A stretch of DNA of 64,000 bases from positions 96,001 through 160,000 of the forward strand of contig JBDHAB010000004.1 of the NCBI GenBank assembly GCA_039588295.1. Direction: 5' to 3'. Of this stretch, positions 49,972 through 60,640 are shown in pieces. Under the pieces are notes generated by a model. The model saw only the letters and a program-made list of their open reading frames with translations. It searched no databases and was not told the DNA's origin. A program made the translations under genes and the position numbers. Positions within the stretch are counted from its first letter, which is position 1, and each line of letters starts with the position of its first letter. Origin of the DNA: Gemmatimonadota bacterium. Lineage in GTDB: Bacteria; Gemmatimonadota; Gemmatimonadetes; Gemmatimonadales; GWC2-71-9.

Positions 49972-50645
49972 CGAAGGCCAAGCTCACGCCGCTCACCGGA
50001 TACGAAACGCTGTCGCAAGAGGAGATGCTGCGGCGGGCCAAAGCGTTCTATGAGGTTGCGCGGCGCCGTCGGACGGTCAGGCAGTTCTCTCCGCGTCCGG
50101 TGCCCCGCGACGTGATCGAGTACTGCCTTCGCGCCGCCGGCACGGCGCCCAGCGGCGCGAACCGCCAGCCCTGGCACTTCGTGGTGGTTGCCGACCCCAC
50201 GGTGAAACGTCAGATCCGGGAGGCGGCGGAACGCGAGGAGCGGGAGTTCTACACCCATCGTGCTCCCCCCGATTGGCTGGAGGCGCTAGCGCCCCTCGGC
50301 ACTGATGAGCACAAGCCGTTCCTCGAGACGGCGCCCTACCTGATCGCGGTGTTCGGCGAGCGTTACCAGGTGGGGGCTGACGGCCGGAAGCTGACCAACT
50401 ACTACGTAACCGAGTCAGTCGGGCTGGCGGCCGGCGTACTCATCACCGCGCTCCATCAGGCGGGCCTTGCGTCTCTCACGCATACTCCCAGCCCGATGGG
50501 GTTCCTCAACCAGATCCTGGGGCGGCCGGAGCGCGAGCGGCCGTTCCTGCTGCTCGTGGTGGGGTCTCCGGCTGAGGATGCGACGGTACCGGCCATCACC
50601 AGGAAGCCGCTCAATGCCATCACAACGTTCGTAGGGGAGACGTAG
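49968..50645 (+). CDS. Iodotyrosine deiodinase-like nitroreductase-fold flavoprotein
   Basis: [49 protein letters not shown]. Confidence 0.85.
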   Translation: MTKAKLTPLTGYETLSQEEMLRRAKAFYEVARRRRTVRQFSPRPVPRDVIEYCLRAAGTAPSGANRQPWHFVVVADPTVKRQIREAAEREEREFYTHRAPPDWLEALAPLGTDEHKPFLETAPYLIAVFGERYQVGADGRKLTNYYVTESVGLAAGVLITALHQAGLASLTHTPSPMGFLNQILGRPERERPFLLLVVGSPAEDATVPAITRKPLNAITTFVGET

Positions 50646-50744
50646 ACACCCCGAGAGCGTACGCGGCGAGGCGGGCGAGCGCCGTGGCGGTGCCGCGAGC
50701 AGGAGTGCGACGAGGGGACGCCGTCGGGGAGCAGCGACTGGTGC

Positions 50745-53114
50745 TCAGTGAGCCACGGGGTCTCTACGCCAGACTCGCGACCTGCGATCGGACTTGGGTG
50801 GACCGCCGTCCTGATCGGAACGGCTGCGGACCGCGTCCAGCGTCTCGCGGACTTGTCTGGCGAGTGCCTCCGGGGTGAACGGCTTATGCAACAAGGTGTA
50901 GCCGGACTCGACTATCCTGTGACCGAGGAGGGCGTCGTCGGAATAGCCAGACATGTACAACACTTCCGTTTCGCATCGGAGTGCTTTGACCTTTTCGGCT
51001 AGCTCCGGCCCGGACATCACCGGCATGACCACGTCAGTGAGCAGCAGGTCGATCTTCCCCTCATATCCGGCGACGAGCGATAGGGCGATGCCCGGGTCAG
51101 AGGCCGCGAGGACTTTGTAGCCGAAGCGCTCCAGGACCCTCTGGACGAGCTCCCGCAAGCAGTTTTCGTCTTCCGCGACGAGGATCGTTTCGGTGCCGCC
51201 GATGCAGACAGGCTCCGTGCAATCCGCGTCAGCGGCCTCCGTCCCCTCCTGCGCCAAGGGTAGGTAGACCGTGAAGGTCGTGCCCGCTCCAGGTTTGCTG
51301 CGGACCGTGATGTTCCCCTGACTCTGGGAAACGATGCCGTACACCGTCGACAGGCCCAAGCCGGTTCCTTTGGCGGGCCCTTTCGTGGTGAAGAAGGGAT
51401 CAAAGATGCGTGCCTGGGTGGCTTCGTCCATGCCGACCCCGGTGTCGCTGACGGTGAGCATCACGTAACCGTCCGCTGTGGGTTCGAGACGTTCGCGCTT
51501 CGCGGACGTCGCGTCCACGTTTGCAGTTCTGAGGGTCAGCGAGCCGCCTTGGGGCATGGCGTCGCGGGCGTTGACGACGAGGTTGACAAGTACCTGCTCG
51601 ATTTGCCCAGGGTCGGCAACGATGCACTCGGGTGCCGCGTCGAGCTGGGTCGTGAATCCGATGTCTTCGCCGATCAGACGTCGCAGCATCTTGTCGATCC
51701 CGGTAACGACCGCATTCAGATCGAGGACCTTGGGCTGAATCACCTGCTTGCGGCTGAATGTCAGGAGCTGACGGGTAAGCCCGGCGCCTCGCTGGACGCT
51801 CTGTTGGATCTGCTCGATGTCTTCGTGCGCTGGGTCGTTGCCATCGAGGTTCAACGAGAGAAGCTCGGAGTAGCCGCTGATCGCCGTCAGCAGGTTGTTG
51901 AAGTCGTGGGCCACACCGCCAGCCAGTCGCCCGATCGCTTCCATCTTCTGGGCTTGGCGCAGCTGATCCTCGCTCTCACGGAGCGCCTGTTCTGCTCGGT
52001 GCCGGTCGCTGATGTCGACGTAGTAGTGGATCAGCCGGGTCACCGTGCCATCCTCGCCGAACATCGGACTGAAATAACAGATCAGGCGTCTCTCGGTTCC
52101 CTCTGCCCCAGGAACCGTTTCTTGGACGCTGACAAGCCCGCGCCGTTCTAGGCATTGCCGCATTGCTCCTCTCGTGCGGCCGCCGATACCTGAGTCGACA
52201 CCCTTCTTCGACCAATAGTCCTCTGGACTCTTGCCGATGAGCCACTCGCGTTCACGTCGATCGGATATCGCTGCGGGATTGACGTAGAGGTAGCGGTAGT
52301 CGAGGTCGAGCACTCCCACCTCGGCTGGTATGCTGTCCAGTATTTGCTGCTGCTGGATGTTGACAAGCTTCATCTTTTGCTGAGCGGCCTGCACCCGCTC
52401 GACCATTCGGTTGAACGACTTGGCCAACACACCGACCTCGTCCGTCGAGGAGATCGGTGCTCGTACCGAGAGATCACCCTCGGCGAGCCGCTCGGTCGCT
52501 CCCACCATGGTCCTCAGCGGGCCTGTGACCAACCTGCTGACGATTAGGACCGCGAGCAATCCGCAGCAGAATACGAGCGCGCTCACGATCTGGACGGTCT
52601 GTTGCAGTCCCTGCGCCTTCGTCAATACCGCCTCCGTCGACATGGCAAGATAGATCGTGCCGATCTCGCGGCCGTCGAATCGGATGGCTCTCATGACTTG
52701 GTAGGCCTTGCGGTCGGGGGAAAGGCCCGACGCGGCCATGGCTCGAGTGGGGATGGTCAGCGCGACCACGTCGGAGCGTAGTGAGACGAGGATGCTGCCG
52801 GCGTTGTCGAACACCTCGATGTACATAACGTCTTCGTCCGCCAGAACGCCCTGTAGTGCCGCCTCAATGCTTCGCTGGTCCTCGAAGAGCACAGCCGACC
52901 GCACGTTGAACGCCGCCATCGTGCCAATGCCCTCAGCGCTGTGTGCGAGGGCCTGAATCGCCTCCCGCTCGAATGACGCCGGGAAGTAGAGATAGATGAA
53001 CCCGGAGATGGCGCCGATGACCAACGTGAAGAGCCCGACGAGCTTGCCTTGAACCGTGACGAGCCTACGTCGGCGCGGAGCCGATGTGGGAGGCTGGGTC
53101 ATCGTCGCCGGCAT
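50745..53114 (-). CDS. Hybrid sensor kinase (periplasmic-HAMP-PAS-HisKA-HATPase-REC)
   Basis: [29 protein letters not shown]. Confidence 0.93.
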   Translation of the reverse strand: MPATMTQPPTSAPRRRRLVTVQGKLVGLFTLVIGAISGFIYLYFPASFEREAIQALAHSAEGIGTMAAFNVRSAVLFEDQRSIEAALQGVLADEDVMYIEVFDNAGSILVSLRSDVVALTIPTRAMAASGLSPDRKAYQVMRAIRFDGREIGTIYLAMSTEAVLTKAQGLQQTVQIVSALVFCCGLLAVLIVSRLVTGPLRTMVGATERLAEGDLSVRAPISSTDEVGVLAKSFNRMVERVQAAQQKMKLVNIQQQQILDSIPAEVGVLDLDYRYLYVNPAAISDRREREWLIGKSPEDYWSKKGVDSGIGGRTRGAMRQCLERRGLVSVQETVPGAEGTERRLICYFSPMFGEDGTVTRLIHYYVDISDRHRAEQALRESEDQLRQAQKMEAIGRLAGGVAHDFNNLLTAISGYSELLSLNLDGNDPAHEDIEQIQQSVQRGAGLTRQLLTFSRKQVIQPKVLDLNAVVTGIDKMLRRLIGEDIGFTTQLDAAPECIVADPGQIEQVLVNLVVNARDAMPQGGSLTLRTANVDATSAKRERLEPTADGYVMLTVSDTGVGMDEATQARIFDPFFTTKGPAKGTGLGLSTVYGIVSQSQGNITVRSKPGAGTTFTVYLPLAQEGTEAADADCTEPVCIGGTETILVAEDENCLRELVQRVLERFGYKVLAASDPGIALSLVAGYEGKIDLLLTDVVMPVMSGPELAEKVKALRCETEVLYMSGYSDDALLGHRIVESGYTLLHKPFTPEALARQVRETLDAVRSRSDQDGGPPKSDRRSRVWRRDPVAH

Positions 53115-53117
53115 GAC

Positions 53118-53813
53118 CTACGAGTCCCCGGCAACGATCTGAGACAGCTTCAACAATTCGGAGCTGAAGTCCGCGCCTTCGGCGTTGGCGCCGTCCAGAT
53201 TGATCAGGATCTTGGGTCGACCGGCCTCGGAGCCGATCCCGACGGCAATACCGTTCGCGACGTACTCCGGAACGCCAGTGATCGTGAGGATGTGTCGCCG
53301 CCGGCTGAGGTTCGCGAGGGCACCAATGCTCACGGCGCGGAGTGGTGCGATGTAGAGCACGTCCAGGTCGTGCTCCACCGCTGCCTCCGCCAGGCGTGCT
53401 GTGTCGCGGAACGCGAGCGGTACGCAACGGACGGGAAGTCCGGTGATCTCCGTTCCGATACCGCTGCGATGCGCCTCGAGGAAGGCATCCCGCGCGTTGA
53501 GCGACGATCGGAACTGGTCCTGATAGACGATGCCGATGACGATCTCGTCGCCCACCCGGCTCTTGAGCTCATGATCGAAGCTCAGGATTCTGGAGGCCAA
53601 GGAGATCTGGAGGTCGACTGGGACGGGCATGTCCTGAGCCCATGCCAGCGTTGGGGCGACTACTAGAGCACAAAGCGCAAGCCACCGTCCCCTGCATCCG
53701 ATGGCCCCCCCGAGTGCGGACGGTGGCTTGGATGGCCGAGGTCTCCTCGTGTCGCTAACCTTCGGGACGCAACCGCCCGATGTGCTGCGCATGAACCGTT
53801 CGTCGGAACGCAT
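53118..53813 (-). CDS. YfiR/DUF4154 family periplasmic protein
   Basis: KILINL...ADFSSELLKLS; start uncertain. Confidence 0.8.
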   Translation of the reverse strand: MRSDERFMRSTSGGCVPKVSDTRRPRPSKPPSALGGAIGCRGRWLALCALVVAPTLAWAQDMPVPVDLQISLASRILSFDHELKSRVGDEIVIGIVYQDQFRSSLNARDAFLEAHRSGIGTEITGLPVRCVPLAFRDTARLAEAAVEHDLDVLYIAPLRAVSIGALANLSRRRHILTITGVPEYVANGIAVGIGSEAGRPKILINLDGANAEGADFSSELLKLSQIVAGDS

Positions 53814-53824
53814 TGGCGGCCGAC

Positions 53825-55810
53825 TTACATCTTGGCGGTCAGAGACAGTCGGTACGTGCGCCCGTTCTGGGGTATCCCGTTCTGGATGTGTTCCCACCCT
53901 CCCGGTGTTTCGTAATAGGCGTCGAAGACGTTACGGACAGAGAACGACGCCTTGAAATGCCTCAGCAGTTCTCTCGTCGAGATCGTGATGTTGGCGAGCC
54001 AAAACGAGTCGGTCGTGGTTCCCCAAACGGTTCCGCGCTGATGGTCGTAGCTGATCTGGGCCGCGGCGGTGACCTTGTCGAAGAATTCGTACGTTGCGCC
54101 GACGCGGAGGAGATGTTTGGGGCAGTTGCTCAGAAGCTCGTCTGTGTCGGGGACTTTCGCATGCTGGAACGCGTAGCTCGCATACGCACTGACCCCGAAT
54201 GGGAAACGGGCGGTGAGCGCCGCTTCTGCCCCCAACGCGTTAACCTGCTCCACGTTCTCGAACGTTCCCAAATCGTCCGCCGGATCGACCGTTTCATCGA
54301 TCAGATCCTTGATGCGGTAGCTGTACAAGGAGACGCTCCCTGCCACCGCTCTGCTCACCCGCTGCTGCCAGAGCAGCTCCAGTGTGCGTATTCTCTCGGG
54401 CCTCAGATTGGGGTTGACCTTGAACCAATCCTCCTCCTCGTAGTGCGACTCGTAGCGGTGCGGGGCGCGGAACGCCTGACCGTACAGAAGTTTGATCGTG
54501 CTCGACGGTGTCACGTGGTAGACTACGGCGCCGCGCGGCGAGACTGGTGTGCCTTGGTCTGAATACCGGTCGACTCGGATGCCGAGTGTGAGCGCGAGGG
54601 TCGAGGTGATCTGAGATTCGTTTTGCGCGAAGGCAGAGTAGGTGGTGAATGGCCAGTCGCCGGTAAACGCATCGCCTTCCTCGTTCCGCCACCGGTAGTC
54701 GGCCCGATGGTCGCGCCTGAGCTCCCCGCCGAAGATGATTCGGTGCGCTGGGCTCACGTCCCAGCGAAGCTGGGCCTCGCCTCCCGACCACCGACCGTCT
54801 GAGGCATCGGCCCACATCCCTCCATCGGACGGCTCGTAGGGATAGAATCCGTCGTAGCTGTAGCGGTCGTGGTAGGCCCGGATTCGGACGTGTTTGTCGA
54901 CGCCCAGATCGCGCTCGAATTTGAGCTCGGCATACGAGCGCTCGTCGATGGTCTCCGCAGCGTCGTCGTTGAAGTTCACCTCCCAAGGTGCGGTGGGGAT
55001 GCCTTTCTTGCGCGATGTGCCGAGCAGTGCCAGCGTGAAACCCCGGTAGCCCACCTTCGCATGCACCCCGTAGTCCTGATCCCAGTCGAGGCCCTCGGAG
55101 ACGCCGTTGTTCGTCACCGGATCGTCGAACTCCGCGAAGTAGAGATCCTGGCCGTTGGCGTCCCGCCAGGTCGCCATCACGGAGACGTCGACCCCGCCCG
55201 CGAATTCACGGCCCATCAGCGCCGTGCCCTGGCGGTGGGTGAAGCTCCCGTACTCCGCCCTCGTGCTCACACCGTCAATGGACCCACCGCGTTTGGTGAC
55301 CACGTTGATCACGGCGAGCATCGCGTTGCTGCCGTATAGTGCCGAACCTGGACCGCGGACGATCTCAACCCGTTCGAACATGTCCGTGCTGAGTCCGAGC
55401 GTGGTTTCCAGGAACGCGGACTCGTAGATGTTCTCGTTCATCGGGTGCCCATCGAGCAGCAGGAGAACACGGTTGTTGTAGTCCGTGGGCCGGCTGAAAC
55501 CTCGTACGCCGAGGTAGAAGTAGTTGCGGTCGTAGCTGGCGTAGAAACCGGGCTGATTCGCCAACGCCTCTCCCAAAGTGCCATAGCCGAAATGCTCGAT
55601 CTCTTCGGCCGTGAGGACCGTGACGGCCGCGGGGGCCTCGCGCGTCGTTTGGTTGTACTTTGCCGCCGCGCTCACCCGAATGTTCAACAGCGAGTCGAGA
55701 GCCGACAGGTCGGCCAGCGCCTCGGGTTCCTGTGCGCGTGCCGGCTCGGCAGGAATGGAGCCCCAGAAGATCATTGCTCCGAGAAGGGCGAGCAGGATTC
55801 TGTGGCGCAT
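53825..55810 (-). CDS. TonB-dependent receptor
   Basis: Plug domain, RVEIVRGPGSALYG, RNVFD...GRTY. Confidence 0.93.
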   Translation of the reverse strand: MRHRILLALLGAMIFWGSIPAEPARAQEPEALADLSALDSLLNIRVSAAAKYNQTTREAPAAVTVLTAEEIEHFGYGTLGEALANQPGFYASYDRNYFYLGVRGFSRPTDYNNRVLLLLDGHPMNENIYESAFLETTLGLSTDMFERVEIVRGPGSALYGSNAMLAVINVVTKRGGSIDGVSTRAEYGSFTHRQGTALMGREFAGGVDVSVMATWRDANGQDLYFAEFDDPVTNNGVSEGLDWDQDYGVHAKVGYRGFTLALLGTSRKKGIPTAPWEVNFNDDAAETIDERSYAELKFERDLGVDKHVRIRAYHDRYSYDGFYPYEPSDGGMWADASDGRWSGGEAQLRWDVSPAHRIIFGGELRRDHRADYRWRNEEGDAFTGDWPFTTYSAFAQNESQITSTLALTLGIRVDRYSDQGTPVSPRGAVVYHVTPSSTIKLLYGQAFRAPHRYESHYEEEDWFKVNPNLRPERIRTLELLWQQRVSRAVAGSVSLYSYRIKDLIDETVDPADDLGTFENVEQVNALGAEAALTARFPFGVSAYASYAFQHAKVPDTDELLSNCPKHLLRVGATYEFFDKVTAAAQISYDHQRGTVWGTTTDSFWLANITISTRELLRHFKASFSVRNVFDAYYETPGGWEHIQNGIPQNGRTYRLSLTAKM

Positions 55811-56325
55811 GGGTGCCTCGGCGAAAAAGGGAGGTCGTTGTGGGTTAATCGCTGGAGGGGCAAATCATGGTGGCGTTCTTGAGATCAGCGATCCGACTCA
55901 TCGGACGCACCATGTTCGGTTGCCCCCAATCCGGATTCCTCTAAGAGGCAAACTGTGTGCGAGGTTCGCGGGCTTTGGTGACGCACCGCACACCCACACG
56001 CACGACCGCTTCGGCGGGCGCGTGGCGGCGGTCGCATCGAGGCCTGCAACCCGGTGTCACCCTTAGGGTTGGAATGGTGGATCGGCGCCTGCGGCGTGAC
56101 GCAATGGCGCAGATCTTCACGCGTGTTTTCCCGTCATGGGCGTCGTGGTCTTGCGGCCACTCATGGAGGGCTGGGGAAAGCCGCCGGATTCTGCCACTCT
56201 GGGTTGCATGCTTCAACCCGCCGCGGCCACCGTCCCGGCCATCCCGCGGAAGCTGCTGGACGCCATTGCCGGTTTCTTGGACGTCGGCAGGGCTCCCGGC
56301 GAGCCCCAACATTCCTAAAGGATCC

Positions 56326-56362
56326 TTAATATAATAAACTAAATATTACAATAATACTATGC
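56326..56362. promoter_or_regulatory. AT-rich promoter/operator region of the sqr operon
   Basis: Contains ATAATACTATG (56351-61), identical to 14646-56 in the arsR promoter. Confidence 0.55.
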
Positions 56363-56438
56363 TACATTGCTCGTCGGTTGCCAGCCGGCAGCGCCGCTGT
56401 CGCCAGGCAGGAGACAATATGGAAAGGGGGGCAGCGCT

Positions 56439-57770
56439 GTGAAGCGCATGGTAATTCTCGGTGCGGGCACCGCAGGCACGATCATGGCGAACCGCCTGCG
56501 GAAACTCTACAAGCGACAGATCCGCGCCGGAGAGATGAGCATCTCGATTGTCGATCAAGACAATCAGCACGTCTATCAGCCGGGTCTGCTGTTCGTTCCC
56601 TTCCAGACCTACACGCCCGAGGATACGGTCGAGCCGCGGAGACACCACATCCACGAGGAGGTGGACTATGTCACGGGCGAGATCGATCGGGTAGCGCCCG
56701 ATGAGGATCGTGTCTACCTGAGCGACGGTCGCACGCTCGACTACGACATTCTGATCCTAGCGACGGGCACGCGGGTCGTTCCCGAAGAGACCGAGGGGCT
56801 CACGGGCGAGGGCTGGCACGAGAAGATGTTCGAGTTCTACACACTCGAGGGCGCGACGGCGCTCGCCGACGCGCTCGACACGTGGGAAGGTGGACGCCTG
56901 GTTCTCAATATTGTTGACCTCCCCATCAAATGCCCGATTGCGCCGCTCGAGTTCGTGTTCCTCGCGGACGACTACTTCACCAAGAGGGGCATGCGCGACC
57001 GTGTGCAGATCACGCTCGTGACGCCGATGGACGGTGCCTTCACCCGTCCGCTGGCCGCAAAGGCGTTCGGTGACCTCTTGGGGGAGAAACGCATCGAGTT
57101 GGTCACCGAATTCAACACCGGTGAGGTCGACGGCCCCAATGGCAAGCTGATGTCGTGGGACGAGCGCACGGTCGACTTCGACCTGCTGGTGAGCGTTCCG
57201 TTGCACCTGGGTGCCGCCTACATCGGTCGCTCGCCCGGATTGGGTGACGACATGGACTTCGTGCGCACCGATCCGAACGCCCTGCAGGCGAATCGCAAGG
57301 ACAACATCTTCGCGCTCGGGGATGCGACCAACGTCCCGACCTCGAAGGCCGGCTCGGTCGCGCACTTCCAGGCGGAGGTCCTCGAGGAGAACATCCGGCG
57401 GTTCGTGGCCGGTGAGGAGCTCGAGCCCGCATTCGACGGTCACGCCAACTGCTTCATCGAAACCGGGCACGACAAGGCCGTGCTCATCGATTTCAACTAC
57501 GACGTCGAGCCGCTGCCAGGGAAGTTCCCGTTTGGGGGGGTCGGACCGCTGTCGTTGCTGAAAGAGACGCGGCGCAACCACTGGGGCAAGCTGGCGTTCA
57601 AATGGGTGTACTGGCACATGCTGATGCCGGGACGCGACCTCCCGGGGGTGACCACACGTCTCAGCATGCGTGGCAAGCGGCGCGGAGACCTGCCGAAACT
57701 GGAGCGGCACCCCGTGCAGGGTGGGGCGCCGGACACGGGAGCATCCAAAGAAGAGGCGCACGTCGCCTGA
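56439..57770 (+). CDS. sqr: Sulfide:quinone oxidoreductase-like flavoprotein (type III-like)
   Basis: GAGTAG, YQPG, KCPIAPLE, ANCFIETG. Confidence 0.82.
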   Translation: MKRMVILGAGTAGTIMANRLRKLYKRQIRAGEMSISIVDQDNQHVYQPGLLFVPFQTYTPEDTVEPRRHHIHEEVDYVTGEIDRVAPDEDRVYLSDGRTLDYDILILATGTRVVPEETEGLTGEGWHEKMFEFYTLEGATALADALDTWEGGRLVLNIVDLPIKCPIAPLEFVFLADDYFTKRGMRDRVQITLVTPMDGAFTRPLAAKAFGDLLGEKRIELVTEFNTGEVDGPNGKLMSWDERTVDFDLLVSVPLHLGAAYIGRSPGLGDDMDFVRTDPNALQANRKDNIFALGDATNVPTSKAGSVAHFQAEVLEENIRRFVAGEELEPAFDGHANCFIETGHDKAVLIDFNYDVEPLPGKFPFGGVGPLSLLKETRRNHWGKLAFKWVYWHMLMPGRDLPGVTTRLSMRGKRRGDLPKLERHPVQGGAPDTGASKEEAHVA

Positions 57771-57794
57771 CACAGGCATGGAGGAGAAGAGGAG

Positions 57795-58109
57795 ATGACA
57801 GCGACATTTGCAGGCCATCAGGTCGACGTCGACCACGAAGGCTACATGCAGAAACCAGCACAATGGAACAAGGAAATCGCCGCCGAAATGGCGCGCGAGG
57901 TCGGGATCGAGACGCTCACCGAGCGGCATTGGCAGGTCGTTGAGTTCGTGCGGTCCCGCTACCTCGAGACGGGCTCGGCGCCGTCAATCCGCTCGCTCGG
58001 GAAGGAGTCCGGTGTTCCGGTGAAGGAGCTCTACAAACTCTTCCCCAAAGGACCCGCCAAGCTCGCCGCCCGCATCGGCGGCATCCCCAAGCCGCGCGGC
58101 TGCATCTGA
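57795..58109 (+). CDS. TusE/DsrC-family sulfur carrier (single C-terminal Cys)
   Basis: LFPKGPAKLAARIGGIPKPRGCI. Confidence 0.9.
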   Translation: MTATFAGHQVDVDHEGYMQKPAQWNKEIAAEMAREVGIETLTERHWQVVEFVRSRYLETGSAPSIRSLGKESGVPVKELYKLFPKGPAKLAARIGGIPKPRGCI

Positions 58110-58131
58110 TTTGGAGGCAAGGAGTCACACC

Positions 58132-58644
58132 ATGACCAGCACCGTCATGCCCGAGCCGACCACCGCGGTCGAGGGCCGGGCCGATTCAATCCAAAAGGTC
58201 TCGATCATCATCTCCAAGGGGTCGCTCGAGGGAATCTACCCCGGCCTCATCATGGCCAACGGCGCCCGCATGGAGGGCATCGAGGCGAACGTGTTCTTCA
58301 CGTTCTTCGGCATGGATGCCATCACGAAGAAACGACACAACGCCATCAAGGTTGCGACGGTCGGGAATCCGGGATTACACATCCCGACGCTGCTCGGAGC
58401 GATCCCCGGGATGTCGGCCTTCGTCACTAGTCAGATGAAGAAGGAAATGGAGAAGCTGGACATCCCGCCGATTCCCGAGTTCATCGAGATGATTGCGGAC
58501 ACCGGCGCCGGAATCTACGCGTGCCTGGCGACGGTGGACATGTTCAAGCTCAAGAAGGAGGACTTCGTCGATCACGTGACGGATATCATCACTGTCGGCG
58601 AGTTCTACGAGATGGCCGCCGGGGGCGAGATCGTCTTCACCTGA
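58132..58644 (+). CDS. DsrE2-like sulfurtransferase
   Basis: VFFTFFGM, IYAC..T. Confidence 0.85.
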   Translation: MTSTVMPEPTTAVEGRADSIQKVSIIISKGSLEGIYPGLIMANGARMEGIEANVFFTFFGMDAITKKRHNAIKVATVGNPGLHIPTLLGAIPGMSAFVTSQMKKEMEKLDIPPIPEFIEMIADTGAGIYACLATVDMFKLKKEDFVDHVTDIITVGEFYEMAAGGEIVFT

Positions 58645-58816
58645 GCCCCCGGCAGAGCAGTTGAGAGACGGCCCGGTTGGCCTCCTCCACCCGACCCATG
58701 CCCCCCGGGAAGGTACGAGAGGAACGCCTTCCGGGCCGTCTGTACACTCCCTGGCGGCCTCGCCCGCCGCGCTCAGCCCACTACCTTATCGGGATCGCCA
58801 GAGAGGAGTCTTCGGT

Positions 58817-59347
58817 ATGCCAGTGCCCCACATTGCTCGGCCCGACCCGTCCGAATACGTCCCCTACTTCGGCAGGTACGTGGAGTTGGTGCCGGACGGT
58901 GACATCCTCGCACTCCTCGAACGGCAGATCGGTGAGACCGCGGCCCTCCTCGCCGGTCTCACCGAGGAGCAGGCCAACGCGCGGTATGCAGTGGGCAAGT
59001 GGAGCATCAAGGAGGTGATCGGGCACGTGGCCGATACCGAGCGGATCTTCGTCTACCGCGCACTGCGATTCAGCCGTGACGACCACACACCGCTTCCCGG
59101 GTTCGAGCAGGACGACTTCGTGGCCGGTGGCAACGCGCACCGCCAACCCCTCACCGCTCTCCTCACGGAGCTCGAGAGCGTGCGGGCGGCCACCCTCACG
59201 TTCTTCCGATCGCTGGATGCAGACATGCTGCTGCGCCGGGGAACGGCAGAGAACAACGCGATCAGCGTGCGGGCCATCCCGTTTATCCTGGCCGGTCACG
59301 AACGCCACCACGTGACGGTCATCGAGGACCGCTACCTGCAGGGTTGA
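58817..59347 (+). CDS. DinB family protein
   Basis: KWSIKEVIGHVADTER, AGHERHH. Confidence 0.88.
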   Translation: MPVPHIARPDPSEYVPYFGRYVELVPDGDILALLERQIGETAALLAGLTEEQANARYAVGKWSIKEVIGHVADTERIFVYRALRFSRDDHTPLPGFEQDDFVAGGNAHRQPLTALLTELESVRAATLTFFRSLDADMLLRRGTAENNAISVRAIPFILAGHERHHVTVIEDRYLQG

Positions 59348-59535
59348 ACCGTCCAACGATGCAACGAGCCCTTTTGGCGATCTTTGTGCTGGTCCTGCTG
59401 GCGGCGGACTGGGTCGCGGTGCACGATATTCTCAAAGGAGAGCCCGACACCACGGGTGAGTATCTGGTAGTGGGGTTCAGCGGTGTGGTGTTTGGCGTAT
59501 TGCTGGGTCTGTGGAGACGATCGCGGCGTGGGTAA
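59344..59535 (+). CDS. Small two-TM hypothetical protein
   Basis: Two hydrophobic helices around HDILKGEPD. Confidence 0.55.
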   Translation: MNRPTMQRALLAIFVLVLLAADWVAVHDILKGEPDTTGEYLVVGFSGVVFGVLLGLWRRSRRG

Positions 59536-59544
59536 GGGGGAACC

Positions 59545-59593
59545 GGTCCCTGGTCCCTGCTCCCTGCTCCCTGCTCCCTTCTCCCTTCTCCCT
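59545..59593. repeat. Seven tandem heptamers NNTCCCT
   Basis: GGTCCCT x2, GCTCCCT x3, TCTCCCT x2. Confidence 0.9.
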
Positions 59594-59611
59594 TTCCACT
59601 ATCTTCTACCT

Positions 59612-60631
59612 GTGCCAATCGCTCCCATTGCCTGGATCGCGGATGGTGTGCGCATCCTCGATCAGACTCGGTTGCCTACGGAGGAGCACTATCTCGACCT
59701 CCGCTCCATCGACGAGGTGGCAGAGTCGATTTGCATGCTCCGAGTGCGCGGCGCGCCCTTGATCGGTATCGCGGCGGCAATGGGGCTGGCTGCGGCGGCG
59801 GGAACGGCGGCGCGCCGCGGCATCTTGTCATCGGGCTGGCTGGACGACGGCGCACGTCAACTTGAGGAAACGCGGCCGACCGCCGTCAACCTCCGCTGGG
59901 CTCTCGATCGGATGCGGCTGACGGCGCGGTCGGCGTTTCAGGGGAACCGTGAGCAGCAGCACATCGCCGATCTGTTGCACGACGAGGCGCAGCGGATCTG
60001 GGACATCGAAAGCGGTATGTGCGTCGCCATCGGCGAAGCCGGTGCGGAGCTCCTCGCCTCGGGGTTCACGGTGCTCACCCACTGTAATGCTGGCGCGCTC
60101 GCCACGGGCGGCCTGGGGACCGCGCTCGCCGTCATCTATGTCGCGTCGGAGCAAGGCAAAGGAATCGATGTGGTTGCGACCGAGACGCGGCCGCTTCGCC
60201 AAGGCGCGCGTCTGACGGCGTGGGAGCTGGCGAAGGCGGGGATCCCGGCACGGGTGATCGTCGACAGTGCCGCGGCGTCGCTCATGGCTCGAGGTGAGAT
60301 CGACGTGGTGCTCACGGGGGCGGACCGTATCGCCGCGAATGGTGACGTCGCCAACAAGATCGGCACCTACGCCCTCGCGGTTCTGGCCAATGCGCACGGG
60401 ATTCCGTTCTATGTTGCCGCTCCCCGCAGCACGTTCGATCTCACGCTCGCGTCGGGGGATCAGATTCCCATCGAGGAACGATCGGCCGAGGAGCTGCCCG
60501 CGGCCTCGGGCGTCGCGGTGTACAACCCCGCGTTCGACGTCACGCCCGCACAGCTGGTGCAGGCAATCGTCACCGACAAGGGCGTGGTGCGGCACCCCCT
60601 GCTTGACGGGATCAACGAGATGTTCGGCTAG
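59612..60631 (+). CDS. mtnA: S-methyl-5-thioribose-1-phosphate isomerase
   Basis: LDQTRLP, VRGAPLIG, RPTAVNL, THCNAGALAT, GADRIAANGDVANKIGTY. Confidence 0.95.
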   Translation: MPIAPIAWIADGVRILDQTRLPTEEHYLDLRSIDEVAESICMLRVRGAPLIGIAAAMGLAAAAGTAARRGILSSGWLDDGARQLEETRPTAVNLRWALDRMRLTARSAFQGNREQQHIADLLHDEAQRIWDIESGMCVAIGEAGAELLASGFTVLTHCNAGALATGGLGTALAVIYVASEQGKGIDVVATETRPLRQGARLTAWELAKAGIPARVIVDSAAASLMARGEIDVVLTGADRIAANGDVANKIGTYALAVLANAHGIPFYVAAPRSTFDLTLASGDQIPIEERSAEELPAASGVAVYNPAFDVTPAQLVQAIVTDKGVVRHPLLDGINEMFG

Positions 60632-60640
60632 GGGACTCGC

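Noticed and set aside
55941..56334. Overlapping 123-125 aa ORFs between the TonB receptor and sqr
   Set aside because: No recognisable motifs or RBS; probably regulatory intergenic DNA
57795..58109. Dissimilatory DsrC indicating sulfate reduction
   Set aside because: Only one C-terminal Cys and no dsrAB in the window
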